54,826 nt of DNA from a virus (taxonomy: Duplodnaviria > Heunggongvirae > Uroviricota > Caudoviricetes). A model generated the notes under the pieces. That model was given only the letters and a program-made list of their open reading frames with translations, made no database searches and was not told where the DNA came from. Made by a program: the position numbers and the translations under genes. Location of the stretch: IMG/VR virus record IMGVR_UViG_2687453585_000002. One strand, written 5' to 3'. Positions 1-8,896 of this stretch are shown one piece after another; position 1 is the first letter of the stretch, and each line of letters opens with the position of its first letter.

Positions 1-1131
1 TCAAATGACCAGTTTTTTCCATTCCTTACCGCGTGCGTCGTTGTAAATATCGGTCATTTTTTGATTCGAATGGCCCAGCAAAATTTTGGTATCAACCCCC
101 TGCTCTCTGAACAATCGCTCTGATAAAGATCTCTGCTCATGGAAAGAGGGTGGGGTGCCATTAGCACGCCAGTTGTAATCCACAGAATCCCGGGCTTTTT
201 TAAATGCAACGGTTAATGTTGCTGGCTTAACCATCCCGCCGCGCTTAGCTGTCCCTTTCGCGTGATGGTGGTGCAATAGCCACGGACTAAGAACGCAATC
301 GCGGCAGGATGACACCACATCATCTAGGGTGAGATTTAATTTATCGCAACGCAGAGCCAGAGGGATGGCAATCCGGGTTCCTGTTTTTTGCTGTTCGACA
401 TGAAGATAACCATCCCGGATATCCGAAAATTGCATTTTGCAAATATCTGAAAGGCGCTGGCCTGTCATCAGTGCCAGCAGCATACCGCGCTGTAAAAAGT
501 AACCATCCTTTTCCGCTGCGTTATAAATCATCATCCACTCATCAAAAGTCAGTCGCTGTCTTGATATCCGCACCTGCGGTTTTTTTGCCGATTCTGCAGG
601 GTTAAAGCCTGGCGGGACATCGCCCGTTTGCTGAGCTTCCCGGAAAACATCGATCAGTACCTTCCTGAAAATTTGTCCCATTCTGTTATGTCCTCTGGCC
701 TTGTACTCTTCCAGTACTGATACCACATCTTTTACGGTTATGGCATCTAACGGTCTGGTGCCAAAACGTTCATCAAATACCCTGAGAGGGGCCGCTTTCT
801 GTTTCAGCGTGTTGAGTTTGATCTCGCCGTTTTCATATCTTTCCTGTTGAATTTTTCTGTAATTATTCAGAAAAATGGTAACGGTTGATGAACCGCCGGT
901 ATCACTAATAATTTTCTCCTGCAGACTGAGCATTTGTTCCATTTGCTGCCGGGCAAGACGGCTGTTCGCTTCTGCTGCAATAGTTTCTGCCAGTTTCTGG
1001 TCAATACTGCCGAGACCGTGATTTTTGCCTGTTATGGGATGCCTGTAACGCCAGTAAACTTTGTTATTTCTTTTGTCAAAATACGGAGATAATCCCGGAA
1101 CATTGGTTTTATATTTTCGCGGGCGCGCCAT
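1..1131 (-). CDS. int: phage integrase, tyrosine recombinase family
   Basis: 376-aa ORF; C-terminal LLGHSNQKMTDIY-type tail typical of tyrosine recombinases; GAGGA RBS upstream of ATG at 1131; sits at prophage edge with overlapping xis-like gene. Confidence 0.85.
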   Translation of the reverse strand: MARPRKYKTNVPGLSPYFDKRNNKVYWRYRHPITGKNHGLGSIDQKLAETIAAEANSRLARQQMEQMLSLQEKIISDTGGSSTVTIFLNNYRKIQQERYENGEIKLNTLKQKAAPLRVFDERFGTRPLDAITVKDVVSVLEEYKARGHNRMGQIFRKVLIDVFREAQQTGDVPPGFNPAESAKKPQVRISRQRLTFDEWMMIYNAAEKDGYFLQRGMLLALMTGQRLSDICKMQFSDIRDGYLHVEQQKTGTRIAIPLALRCDKLNLTLDDVVSSCRDCVLSPWLLHHHHAKGTAKRGGMVKPATLTVAFKKARDSVDYNWRANGTPPSFHEQRSLSERLFREQGVDTKILLGHSNQKMTDIYNDARGKEWKKLVI

Positions 1132-1357
1132 CTTCCAGTATCCTCTTCAAAGCAGGGTGATCTGTGGCGATCACCTCCGGCTTGTTTACCATTCCGACAA
1201 AGCGAGCTTGCGGATCCACTCGCCAGCGTCTTCCAACTTTTTTGGGGAGAGGAAATATCATTCCGGCTTTAGCGTATTTACTTAACGTACTCGGAGTTGG
1301 GACCGGTTCACTGAATTCCTCTTTTGCCCACTCAGTGAGCAGAATAAGTCTTGCCAT
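1109..1357 (-). CDS. excisionase-like small DNA-binding protein
   Basis: 82-aa ORF immediately upstream of and overlapping int start by 23 nt (classic xis-int arrangement); basic helix-rich sequence. Confidence 0.5.
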   Translation of the reverse strand: MARLILLTEWAKEEFSEPVPTPSTLSKYAKAGMIFPLPKKVGRRWRVDPQARFVGMVNKPEVIATDHPALKRILEDGAPAKI

Positions 1358-1421
1358 GAGCGTCGTTCGCTAATCATGGTCGCCGCCACTATAGCTGGTG
1401 GGCAACGACCGGGGTTGAACA

Positions 1422-3893
1422 TTAAAAATCAGCCTGATTCGGGATCAGTTTTTGCCAGATAACTGAAACGTATTTTGCCTGGTAACGGGCGTCATCAAGT
1501 GCATTATGGCGCTCACCTTCGAATGGAATAGCCGTTCTGGCATCGAAGTCTATGGCTTTCCCCAGCTCAACGATTGTGCGTACATCGCGATCGTTGTAGT
1601 AACGCCATGGGCAGGGGATCCCCTGCCGTTCGTATGAACGGCGCAAAATCGTGTTTTCGAAGTTGGCTCCATTTCCCCAGACCTGAACAAAAAATTCACC
1701 GGAGTTTTCGTCGATAAATTCCCGCAATTGTAACAGTGCATCATCTAACGGGATTTCATCGGTCATAATGGCAGACTGCGCTTCACGTGATTGCTTCAGC
1801 CACCTTTTAATGACGTCACGATCAATGACTCCGCCAGCAGTTTCCAGATCGATAGTCTTACTAAATTCCGGTCCCATATCTCCGGTTTGCGGATCGAAAA
1901 ATATTGCATCTATTGAGATAATCGGGGCATCAGGATTTTTTCCCATGGTTTCAAGGTCAATCATCAGATGGTGCCACAACCTGCTGGTGGATGTGCTTTT
2001 ACGATGACTGTTCACCTTAATTAAGGGATTTGCTGTCTCGCCTATTTCATTATTGTCATTGGCATGTTGATCGCCTTCGGTGCACTCCTTGTTCGGGAGT
2101 CCGGCATTTTCTATTTCCTCTGGATCTTTTTCCCGGGCTTCATCCTGGCTTTCTTCGTTGAATGTCTCCTGGTAGGTTGCGTCACCCATCACTGCGCCAC
2201 AATCAGGGCAGTTACCACCACCAGTCTGATTGCATGCGGTACAAACTTTTTCCTCTTCCTGTTGCACGACTGGTTCAGGTTGTTTCGTTTCTGGCTCGTT
2301 TTGTAACGCATTTTGGCTGTTTTGTTCCGCTTTTTGGTCGTACTGTTCCGTTTCTGACTGGTTCTGGTGCACAGAATCGCGGGTTTCAATCCCCTTCACC
2401 CATTTCGGATCATTCGGGTCGCTAATCCCTTCAACAAATTCACCACGTGATGCAGCGAGCAACTTATTAGCGTCAGGCTGGCTGATACTGGCTGCCTGCA
2501 TAATTTTGTTTACTTCGTCAGCGGTAACTTTTACCAGGTCTGGTTGTGCGGTCGTGTCAGATGCATCAGTATTTTGTTGTGAACCTGTGTATGTGCCGTT
2601 TTTGCGGGCAAAATATTCTTCTTTCGTGATTTCAGTTGCCCCGGCAGCCAGCGCCTTATCCAGACCAGAAAGTTTGTTTGCGCGACCGTATTTTTCGCCA
2701 TCCTTGTCGGTGAAGAGGAAGTAGAACGGCCCCTCACGCTCTACAGATGGTTCGACTTCCACTTTGCATTCGGTTTTTTCGTTGTCCGGAATTGCCGTTT
2801 CCACTGCATCAGTTTCTGGTACTGGCGACGAGAGAGTATCAGTTGCGCTCTGATTTCTTCCTTCATCTTCAAACACGCCCTTTGTAGTCAGGTATTCAGT
2901 AATGTATTTGTTCAGTGCCACAGGGTCTTTGTGAATGTCGATCGGACGTTCACGGACAAGGCCAAAAATAGTCTGGCGGTCGTAGCGAAGGGCATCAGGC
3001 TGTTTGCGCATTGATGCCGAGATACGCTTCCAGTCTTCGCGGTCGTTGTCGATAACTTCATTTTTTGCCCAGCGATGGATGCTGCCGTCAATGTTTCCGG
3101 CATCCACATCACCAGGCCAGAGAGCGTAGGCCAGTTCGTCATCCAGTGTTTTCCATGTCTGCTTGTATTCGCGATGAATGGCAGCAATGACCGGGCTGAT
3201 TTTTCCTGTTGAATTTTCAGTGTACTGTTGATTGGCTCTGGCGCGGGCGAGATCAACAACAGACGTGTATTTTCCGGTTTCCTTGCGTTCACCTTCACGA
3301 CGTTTTTTCCAGATGCGCATCTCTGCCTGAATTTCGGGCCATTTGGCACCAGGCTTACATTTATGCTTAACCCACCCGATGGCATGCAGCTTAAGCTCCG
3401 GATACATGGCGTTAACTTCTGGCATTTTCATCAACGCTTCAACGATATGTCCGTCGAATGTTGCCATGTCTTCCTGCAACAATTCCTGTGCGCTAATAAC
3501 CATATCAACGGTGATGTTTTCACATGTGTCGAACTTAACCATGACAGCGTTCTGTACTTCAGGGGCCAGCTTGTCAAAAGTGACGTTCATCGGATCGGAT
3601 TCAGTCTCAACCGGGACAAAGGAAGCAGACTCCTCATCCCAGCGGTTTTCCTGCATATATTCAGCATCCCAGGAATCGAGGGCAGGGCGGGGTATACCGG
3701 GTTTATCCTCGCAGACAAGAAATTTATAAGCGCAGTCCTGAGCAGCCGGATAATGTTCCAGGAATTGCCAGTGAAATTTTGCGCGGGCGCGACGTTCATC
3801 ACCGGCTTCAATGGCAGTGGCTACAGCGACGGCACCTTCTTCCTTTATTGCCTGTTCGTCCGGAATGGCGGCGCAAATAAAGACTTTACTCAT
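1422..3893 (-). CDS. putative exonuclease, C-terminal DnaQ-like (DEDDh) 3'-5' exonuclease domain with large N-terminal domain
   Basis: 823-aa ORF; C-terminal 'LMIDLETMG...' and '...HNALDDARYQAKY' motifs resemble DEDDh exonucleases; internal CxxC...CxxC zinc-ribbon-like motif (CTACNQTGGGNCPDCG). Confidence 0.6.
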   Translation of the reverse strand: MSKVFICAAIPDEQAIKEEGAVAVATAIEAGDERRARAKFHWQFLEHYPAAQDCAYKFLVCEDKPGIPRPALDSWDAEYMQENRWDEESASFVPVETESDPMNVTFDKLAPEVQNAVMVKFDTCENITVDMVISAQELLQEDMATFDGHIVEALMKMPEVNAMYPELKLHAIGWVKHKCKPGAKWPEIQAEMRIWKKRREGERKETGKYTSVVDLARARANQQYTENSTGKISPVIAAIHREYKQTWKTLDDELAYALWPGDVDAGNIDGSIHRWAKNEVIDNDREDWKRISASMRKQPDALRYDRQTIFGLVRERPIDIHKDPVALNKYITEYLTTKGVFEDEGRNQSATDTLSSPVPETDAVETAIPDNEKTECKVEVEPSVEREGPFYFLFTDKDGEKYGRANKLSGLDKALAAGATEITKEEYFARKNGTYTGSQQNTDASDTTAQPDLVKVTADEVNKIMQAASISQPDANKLLAASRGEFVEGISDPNDPKWVKGIETRDSVHQNQSETEQYDQKAEQNSQNALQNEPETKQPEPVVQQEEEKVCTACNQTGGGNCPDCGAVMGDATYQETFNEESQDEAREKDPEEIENAGLPNKECTEGDQHANDNNEIGETANPLIKVNSHRKSTSTSRLWHHLMIDLETMGKNPDAPIISIDAIFFDPQTGDMGPEFSKTIDLETAGGVIDRDVIKRWLKQSREAQSAIMTDEIPLDDALLQLREFIDENSGEFFVQVWGNGANFENTILRRSYERQGIPCPWRYYNDRDVRTIVELGKAIDFDARTAIPFEGERHNALDDARYQAKYVSVIWQKLIPNQADF

Positions 3894-3985
3894 TTTGTTT
3901 TACCTCATTACAGATTTAAGGGTGAACAAATCCCTGCCATTGCTGGCATATAAGAATGAAACCGGATATTTATTACGGAACTGTT

Positions 3986-4177
3986 TTAAAGACCTGCCGG
4001 GATTTCGTTATTATCCTGGTGAATAACTTTATCGACCGGGTAACAGTTACCGGGAATTTTCTGTTCGGTTGCTGCAGTCACACACTCCTGCATTGTCCTG
4101 TGAACACTGACTGCAATATCAACTGGCTCTCCGGAAACAAGAAAAACTGTCAGAACAAGTGCAAATGCTGTATTCAT
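3986..4177 (-). CDS. small membrane protein, YdfD-like (Qin-type lysis-associated protein)
   Basis: 63-aa product from internal Met (MNTAFALVLTVFLVSGEP...) with N-terminal hydrophobic segment; start codon overlaps dicB stop; position downstream of dicB as in dicBF operons. Confidence 0.45.
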   Translation of the reverse strand: MNTAFALVLTVFLVSGEPVDIAVSVHRTMQECVTAATEQKIPGNCYPVDKVIHQDNNEIPAGL

Positions 4178-4362
4178 TGCCAGCATCCTTTTTGTATCGG
4201 ACGTAAACGGGCCAGCATTGAAAGAATGCATATTTTATTTAATAGCTCCCGTTCGTGTTTTCTCTTGTTAATGGCATCTTCAGTAAATACAGGGTTACTG
4301 ATATTGACACCAATTTCAAAACAACCTTCAGACGTATTAACGTTTGGTAATAACGTTTCCAT
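4174..4362 (-). CDS. dicB: cell division inhibitor DicB
   Basis: 62-aa product METLLPNVNTSEGCFEIGVNISNPVFTEDAINKRKHERELLNKICILSMLARL... closely matches DicB as I recall it; preceded by DicF sRNA sequence. Confidence 0.8.
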   Translation of the reverse strand: METLLPNVNTSEGCFEIGVNISNPVFTEDAINKRKHERELLNKICILSMLARLRPIQKGCWQ

Positions 4363-4531
4363 TATCGCGTCCTCAACAATGAATTTTGTGATGCGGTGCC
4401 TGGTGCCTCCAGGTGACGTTAACCAGTTAACAATTAACGCCGGATACAGAGAATCCACCCATAACACTGTTTTTGGTTTTAACTGTTCCGCGTGCGCTCA
4501 GCCGCATTCACCACATCACAAAATTCACTTT

Positions 4532-4589
4532 AAAAAGGGCGGCAGAGCAGTCACGGAGTAAAACTGATACCGCCAAACGTCACCAGAAA
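4532..4589 (-). ncRNA. dicF: DicF small regulatory RNA (ftsZ-targeting)
   Basis: minus-strand sequence TTTCTGGTGACGTTTGGCGGTATCAGTTTTACTCCGTGACTGCTCUGCCGCCCTTTTT matches DicF as recalled; ends in GC hairpin plus T-run; located between ydfC-like and dicB as in Qin. Confidence 0.75.
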
Positions 4590-4927
4590 ATTGATAACAG
4601 AGGGCGTTGCAGCGGAGTTGTCACTTAAGCGTATGGTCAACCTGACAACCCGGTGTCCTCAACGGAGGAAGGAATAACCCCGCCATACTTACCGCCGCGC
4701 CATTTCGCGGAGTGCCACAACCGGAAGCGCACGGTCGAACTAAATTTAACGACACCGTACAGAGAGACCAATTTCGCCGTGCGCTTTCGCTTTATGCCCT
4801 GACTTTTCAGGGACATATCCTTTCAGTAAACTGTCAGTGCCGGATGTTCACCCGTGTCCGGCGCACGCACTCCACCTGACCCGTGGAGAACTCCTTAATT
4901 ACCAACCTTAGCTTCGTTGGTTAGCTA

Positions 4928-5146
4928 TTAACGCGGGTATGTAACCATTCTGGCAATGCTTAATGCCGCTGCTTTTTCCAGCCTGGTGATATCCTGCTCC
5001 AGAGCGGACAGATTTTCAGCCTGCTTAGTCCTGGCTTCATTGGCCCATTTCAGATCCTGCGCTGCATTAATTTTCTGGCGCATCCACTCATAAAGTTCAT
5101 CATCGGTATAGTCTGGCGCGATGATGACGGGTTCTCGTTTCTGCAT
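4928..5146 (-). CDS. hypothetical protein, YdfC-like
   Basis: 72-aa ORF in dicBF-type operon position upstream of dicF. Confidence 0.45.
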   Translation of the reverse strand: MQKREPVIIAPDYTDDELYEWMRQKINAAQDLKWANEARTKQAENLSALEQDITRLEKAAALSIARMVTYPR

Positions 5147-5175
5147 ACTGATTCCTCGCGGTGCTGCTTCGCTTA

Positions 5176-5304
5176 TCAGCCGTTAGATTTTGCCGAGCTG
5201 GAAAGCGCCTGTTTAAACTCACTGAAGCTGAGAGCTTCTTCGCCTTCGGCAAGGCCTTCGAAGTATTCTTCGTAAGCCTTTTCCATGATTGTGTCGAAAT
5301 CCAT
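5176..5304 (-). CDS. small acidic hypothetical protein, YdfB-like (42 aa)
   Basis: ORF below the 60-aa track cut-off, found by manual translation: MDFDTIMEKAYEEYFEGLAEGEEALSFSEFKQALSSSAKSNG; tightly packed between neighbouring ORFs. Confidence 0.4.
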   Translation of the reverse strand: MDFDTIMEKAYEEYFEGLAEGEEALSFSEFKQALSSSAKSNG

Positions 5305-5305
5305 A

Positions 5306-5461
5306 TCACTCACCTGAGTTTCTTTCCAGCCAGCGACGGGCACCATTTTCGGTTTTAAACGTTTTGCTTTTGGTATACGTCATTGCGGTGAACGTGCCGT
5401 CCTGGTTGGGGAACACGCCACATACCAGAGATTCGCTGTTGCCAAGATCGATAGTATCCAT
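5306..5461 (-). CDS. hypothetical protein, YdfA-like (51 aa)
   Basis: internal ATG at 5461 preceded by GAGG RBS; product MDTIDLGNSESLVCGVFPNQDGTFTAMTYTKSKTF...; first gene of leftward early operon. Confidence 0.45.
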   Translation of the reverse strand: MDTIDLGNSESLVCGVFPNQDGTFTAMTYTKSKTFKTENGARRWLERNSGE

Positions 5462-5645
5462 GCTGACCTCATTTCCCCTTAACGCCGGGGGAGCGGAACA
5501 AAAACCTGCTGCATAGTTATTAAAGTTGAACCCTGCCGTCATGTTCTTACGCCTCGGGCTGGCTACTTACCCCCTGACCACTGCTTGGTAACTCGAAGTA
5601 TTGCCCGGCGTTCTGTGGGGCGGGGTGGGTTGGTATGTTGTTAAG

Positions 5646-5659
5646 GTAACAAGAGTTAC
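5646..5659. promoter_or_regulatory. putative left operator (OL) palindrome GTAAC-AAGA-GTTAC
   Basis: perfect 5-bp inverted arms with 4-bp spacer, same architecture as the two palindromes between cI and cro; upstream of leftward early operon. Confidence 0.45.
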
Positions 5660-5702
5660 CTTTCGAGTCAATACAATGTTGCAAAAGGTACATTTGAGGG
5701 CA

Positions 5703-5726
5703 TAAAAAACCCGCAATGAATGCGGG
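5703..5726 (-). terminator. intrinsic terminator downstream of cI-like gene
   Basis: minus-strand hairpin CCCGCA-loop-TGCGGG followed by TTTTTTA, 8 nt after repressor stop. Confidence 0.6.
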
Positions 5727-5733
5727 TTCTGAC

Positions 5734-6408
5734 TCAGTCTAAGTATTGATGTATTTGTGAAACTTTACCTTTAATGGTGTAACCACCATTCAGTTCGATG
5801 GGTTTGTAAAGCGGATTCAGTGACAACAGATAGATGTTTGGTCCGTCAATCGCAACTTTTTTTAGTGTTACGTTTGGCGTTCCTTCCAATTGGATTAAGA
5901 TTATTTTTCCCACCAGTTCTCTAATGTTACTTGAGCATGGTGTGATCAGCACGGTAGATCCGTCGGGGATGGTTGGGAGGCCGTTAGAGTTTGTCATCGC
6001 ATCTCCCTCAACATGCAATAAAAAAGAGTTTTCAGCGGTTTTTGTCATGACATCAACCCAGTTCTTAATACCAGGAATCTTGGTTACTGGACAACTCATA
6101 TCCCAATAACCAGCCTGTTCCCACGTTAAAACGGGCAACCGGGCGATGTTGTCACTAATGTAAGGGTACTGATTCAGACGCAGATCATCGGTTTTATCGT
6201 GACCGTCCTTTCCATAAAGAATCCATTCAGGAGATTTGGAAAGCAATTTTGACAGTAGATACAAATTCTCACCGTCAGGTTTTGAAGAGCCATTTTCCCA
6301 TTTTGTTACGGATACACGAGATATGCCGATTGCTTTCGCAACCTGCTGTTGGGTTAATCCAACGTCTTTTCGACGATTCCGAATACGTTCGCTGATAGTG
6401 TTTTTCAT
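5734..6408 (-). CDS. CI-like prophage repressor (HTH_XRE + S24 LexA-like peptidase domain)
   Basis: N-terminal HTH (LTQQQVAKAIGISRVSVTKWENG) and C-terminal S24 domain; start placed at ATG 6408 because operator palindrome abuts it (leaderless, lambda PRM-like); in-frame alternatives at 6450 and 6507. Confidence 0.75.
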   Translation of the reverse strand: MKNTISERIRNRRKDVGLTQQQVAKAIGISRVSVTKWENGSSKPDGENLYLLSKLLSKSPEWILYGKDGHDKTDDLRLNQYPYISDNIARLPVLTWEQAGYWDMSCPVTKIPGIKNWVDVMTKTAENSFLLHVEGDAMTNSNGLPTIPDGSTVLITPCSSNIRELVGKIILIQLEGTPNVTLKKVAIDGPNIYLLSLNPLYKPIELNGGYTIKGKVSQIHQYLD

Positions 6409-6470
6409 GTAACCAATGTTACTACCAAGTGATGTTGCTATGGTTGACATTGTTATGTAACTATTGTTAC
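6409..6470. promoter_or_regulatory. OR-like operator region: palindromes GTAACCAATGTTAC (6409-6422) and GTAACTATTGTTAC (6457-6470); TTGACA at 6444-6449
   Basis: two 14-bp GTAAC-N4-GTTAC palindromes in the divergent cI/cro intergenic region. Confidence 0.55.
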
Positions 6471-6499
6471 CCTTCTGCTCGAAATAACAGGAGAGTTTT

Positions 6500-6715
6500 A
6501 TGTTCAAAGATGATGTTCTGCGCTATTTCAAAAAAAAGCGACTAGTAGCTGAGGCTCTTGGAATTTCACATGTGGCTGTTGTGCGGTGGAAAGCAGTTAT
6601 TCCCAAACTTCGCGCAATGGAACTGGATGAAATTACTAACGGTGAATTGAAATACAACCCAGAACTTTACAAGAAGCAGGATAGCACCTCGAACGAAGGA
6701 AAGAATGATTCATGA
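6500..6715 (+). CDS. Cro-like / YdaS-like HTH regulator
   Basis: 71-aa ORF divergent from repressor; AGGAGA RBS; HTH-like LVAEALGISHVAVVRWK. Confidence 0.65.
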   Translation: MFKDDVLRYFKKKRLVAEALGISHVAVVRWKAVIPKLRAMELDEITNGELKYNPELYKKQDSTSNEGKNDS

Positions 6716-7137
6716 AAATCAAGCATGAACACATCCGCATGGCGATGAATGCCTGGGCGCATCCGGACGGCGAAAAAGTGCCGGCTGCGAAAATTACCAA
6801 AGCGTATTTCGAGCTGGGAATGACGTTCCCGGAACTGTATGACGACAGCCATCCGGAAGCCCTGGCCCGTAATACCCAGAAAATTTTCCGTTGGCTGGAT
6901 AAAGACACCCCTGATGCTGTTGAAAAAATGCAGGCTCTGTTACCGGCGATCGAAAAGGCGATGCCGCCTTTGCTGGTGGCCCGTATGCGCAGCCACAGTT
7001 CTGAATATTACCGTGAGATCGTCGAACGGCGGGATCGGCTGGTGAAGGATGTCGATGATTTTGTTGCGTCAGCGGTTGTTTTGTATGACCAGATGAATCG
7101 CGGCGGCCCGGCAGGGAATGCTGTGGTGATGCACTAA
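6712..7137 (+). CDS. YdaT-like (CII-analog position) protein
   Basis: 141-aa ORF starting MKIKHEHI..., overlapping cro stop (ATGA); position and N-terminus resemble Rac YdaT family as recalled. Confidence 0.5.
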   Translation: MKIKHEHIRMAMNAWAHPDGEKVPAAKITKAYFELGMTFPELYDDSHPEALARNTQKIFRWLDKDTPDAVEKMQALLPAIEKAMPPLLVARMRSHSSEYYREIVERRDRLVKDVDDFVASAVVLYDQMNRGGPAGNAVVMH

Positions 7138-7159
7138 AAGCACGGTGTTCGGGGGTTTT

Positions 7160-8122
7160 ATGAGCAGCAAGCTTCATGGTCTTGTCTGGGAAGGGTGCGC
7201 CTTCACCGGCATGATCTTATCCAGGGTGGCGGTTATGGCCCGTCTTGCAGACTACAGCAATGACGAGGGCGTGTCATGGCCTGCCATTGAAACTATCCGG
7301 CGTCAGATCGGTGCAAGAAGTGAATCCACAGTGAAATCGGCTATTGCAGAACTGGCGAAAGAGGGCTGGCTGACGAAGGAAGAGCGTAAGGTCGGTGGGC
7401 GTAATGTAAGCAATATCTATCGGCTTAATGTGGAAAAACTCGAAGCAGCTGCGGCGGCGGCGCGTGAGTCATATAAACCGAAAAGAAAAATTAGCCCGGC
7501 AAAAAATGACCCGTTAACAGTTGACCCGTCAAATATTGACCCCTCAACGGTTGACCCGTCAAATTTTGATGGATCAACTGTTGATAAAAAACTGCCGATT
7601 AGGGGGCCGATGATTGACCCCGATCCGTCAGTATTAAAACCTGATCCGTCAGATAAAAGATCTTCTTGTCCGGACGCTTCGCAACCGGACCCGCAGACGG
7701 CTGAACAGGATTTTTTAACCCGACACCCTGACGCGGTTGTGTTCAGTGCGAAAAAACGCCAGTGGGGAAGTCAGGAAGATTTGGTGTGCGCACAGTGGAT
7801 CTGGGGACGAATCGTGAGTCTTTACGAGCAGGCGGCCAGCTATGATGGCGAGATCACTAGACCGAAAGAACCCAACTGGACAGCATGGGCCAATGACGTT
7901 CGCACAATGCGGATGCTGGATGGCAGAACTCACAGACAAATTTGTGAAATGTTTGGGCGTCTCCAGCGGGATTCGTTCTGGGTAAAAAACATCATGAGTC
8001 CGGCAAAACTCCGGGAAAAATGGGATGAACTGGTTATCCGCCTGGGGCGTTCGCCTGCGCAGCGTTGCGTGAATCACATTTCTGAACCGGACACTGAAAT
8101 ACCGCCGGGATTCAGGGGGTGA
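7160..8122 (+). CDS. replication initiation protein, O-like/YdaU-like
   Basis: N-terminal winged-helix-like region; central proline/aspartate-rich segment encoded by iteron-like DNA repeats; followed by DnaC-like loader; GTG at 7145 is an alternative start. Confidence 0.65.
   Translation: MSSKLHGLVWEGCAFTGMILSRVAVMARLADYSNDEGVSWPAIETIRRQIGARSESTVKSAIAELAKEGWLTKEERKVGGRNVSNIYRLNVEKLEAAAAAARESYKPKRKISPAKNDPLTVDPSNIDPSTVDPSNFDGSTVDKKLPIRGPMIDPDPSVLKPDPSDKRSSCPDASQPDPQTAEQDFLTRHPDAVVFSAKKRQWGSQEDLVCAQWIWGRIVSLYEQAASYDGEITRPKEPNWTAWANDVRTMRMLDGRTHRQICEMFGRLQRDSFWVKNIMSPAKLREKWDELVIRLGRSPAQRCVNHISEPDTEIPPGFRG
7505..7665. repeat. iteron-like direct repeats (putative ori) inside O-like gene
   Basis: repeated TTGACCCGTCAAAT / TTGACCCCTCAACGG / TGACCCGTTAACAG / TGATCCGTCAG units. 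Confidence 0.55.
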
Positions 8123-8128
8123 CGTGTC

Positions 8129-8875
8129 ATGAAAAACATTGCGGCAGTTGGGGTTCTTGAACGTATTCGCAGACTTGCACCACAGGGGTCGGTTCCACCG
8201 TACCGGACGGTGGAGGAGTGGCGGGAATGGCAACTTGCTGAAGGACGAAAACGCAGCGAGGAGATTAACCGCCAGAATCGCCAGTTGCGGGTGGAAAAAA
8301 TCCTGAATCGTTCGGGCATCCAGCCTCTGCACAGCAAATGCTCGTTTGCAAATTATCAGGTGCAGAACGACGGGCAAAAATACGCGCTGAGCCAGGCCAA
8401 ATCCATAGCTGACGAACTGATGACCGGGTGCACGAATTTTGTGTTCAGCGGTAAAACCGGCACCGGGAAAAATCACCTTGCAGCGGCGATGGGCAACCGG
8501 CTGATGGTGAAGGGGCGCAGCGTGATTATCGTCACCGTGTCTGACGTCATGAGCGTGTTGCATGACAGCTACGACAACGGCAAATCCGGGGAAAAATTTT
8601 TACAGGAGCTTTGCGGGGTTGATTTGCTGGTCCTGGATGAAATAGGCGTTCAGCGGGAGACGAAAAACGAGCAGGTGGTATTGCACCAGATAATTGATCG
8701 CCGGACAGCATCACTGTGCAGTGTCGGGATGTTAACAAACCTGAATCATGCCGCAATGAGTACGCTTCTTGGTGAGAGGATTATGGACCGCATGACCATG
8801 AACGGTGGTCGATGGGTGACGTTTAACTGGGATAGCTGGCGTCCAAATGTCAGCAATATGAGGGTTGTGAAGTAA
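8129..8875 (+). CDS. DnaC-like helicase loader (IstB-like AAA+ ATPase)
   Basis: Walker A FSGKTGTGKNHLAAAMG and Walker B LLVLDEIG; 248 aa. Confidence 0.8.
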   Translation: MKNIAAVGVLERIRRLAPQGSVPPYRTVEEWREWQLAEGRKRSEEINRQNRQLRVEKILNRSGIQPLHSKCSFANYQVQNDGQKYALSQAKSIADELMTGCTNFVFSGKTGTGKNHLAAAMGNRLMVKGRSVIIVTVSDVMSVLHDSYDNGKSGEKFLQELCGVDLLVLDEIGVQRETKNEQVVLHQIIDRRTASLCSVGMLTNLNHAAMSTLLGERIMDRMTMNGGRWVTFNWDSWRPNVSNMRVVK

Positions 8876-8896
8876 TTTTGTCCGGAGGAAATTTTA

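Noticed and set aside
3956-4561. 201-aa plus-strand ORF spanning the ydfD/dicB region
   Set aside because: Antisense to dicB and the YdfD-like gene, whose products match known proteins; no RBS
5100-5309. 69-aa minus-strand ORF from the track
   Set aside because: Low-complexity basic product; the same interval holds a better 42-aa ORF in another frame (5176-5304)
7715-8563. 282-aa minus-strand ORF across the O-like/DnaC-like junction
   Set aside because: Antisense to two genes with clear motifs (Walker A/B on plus strand)
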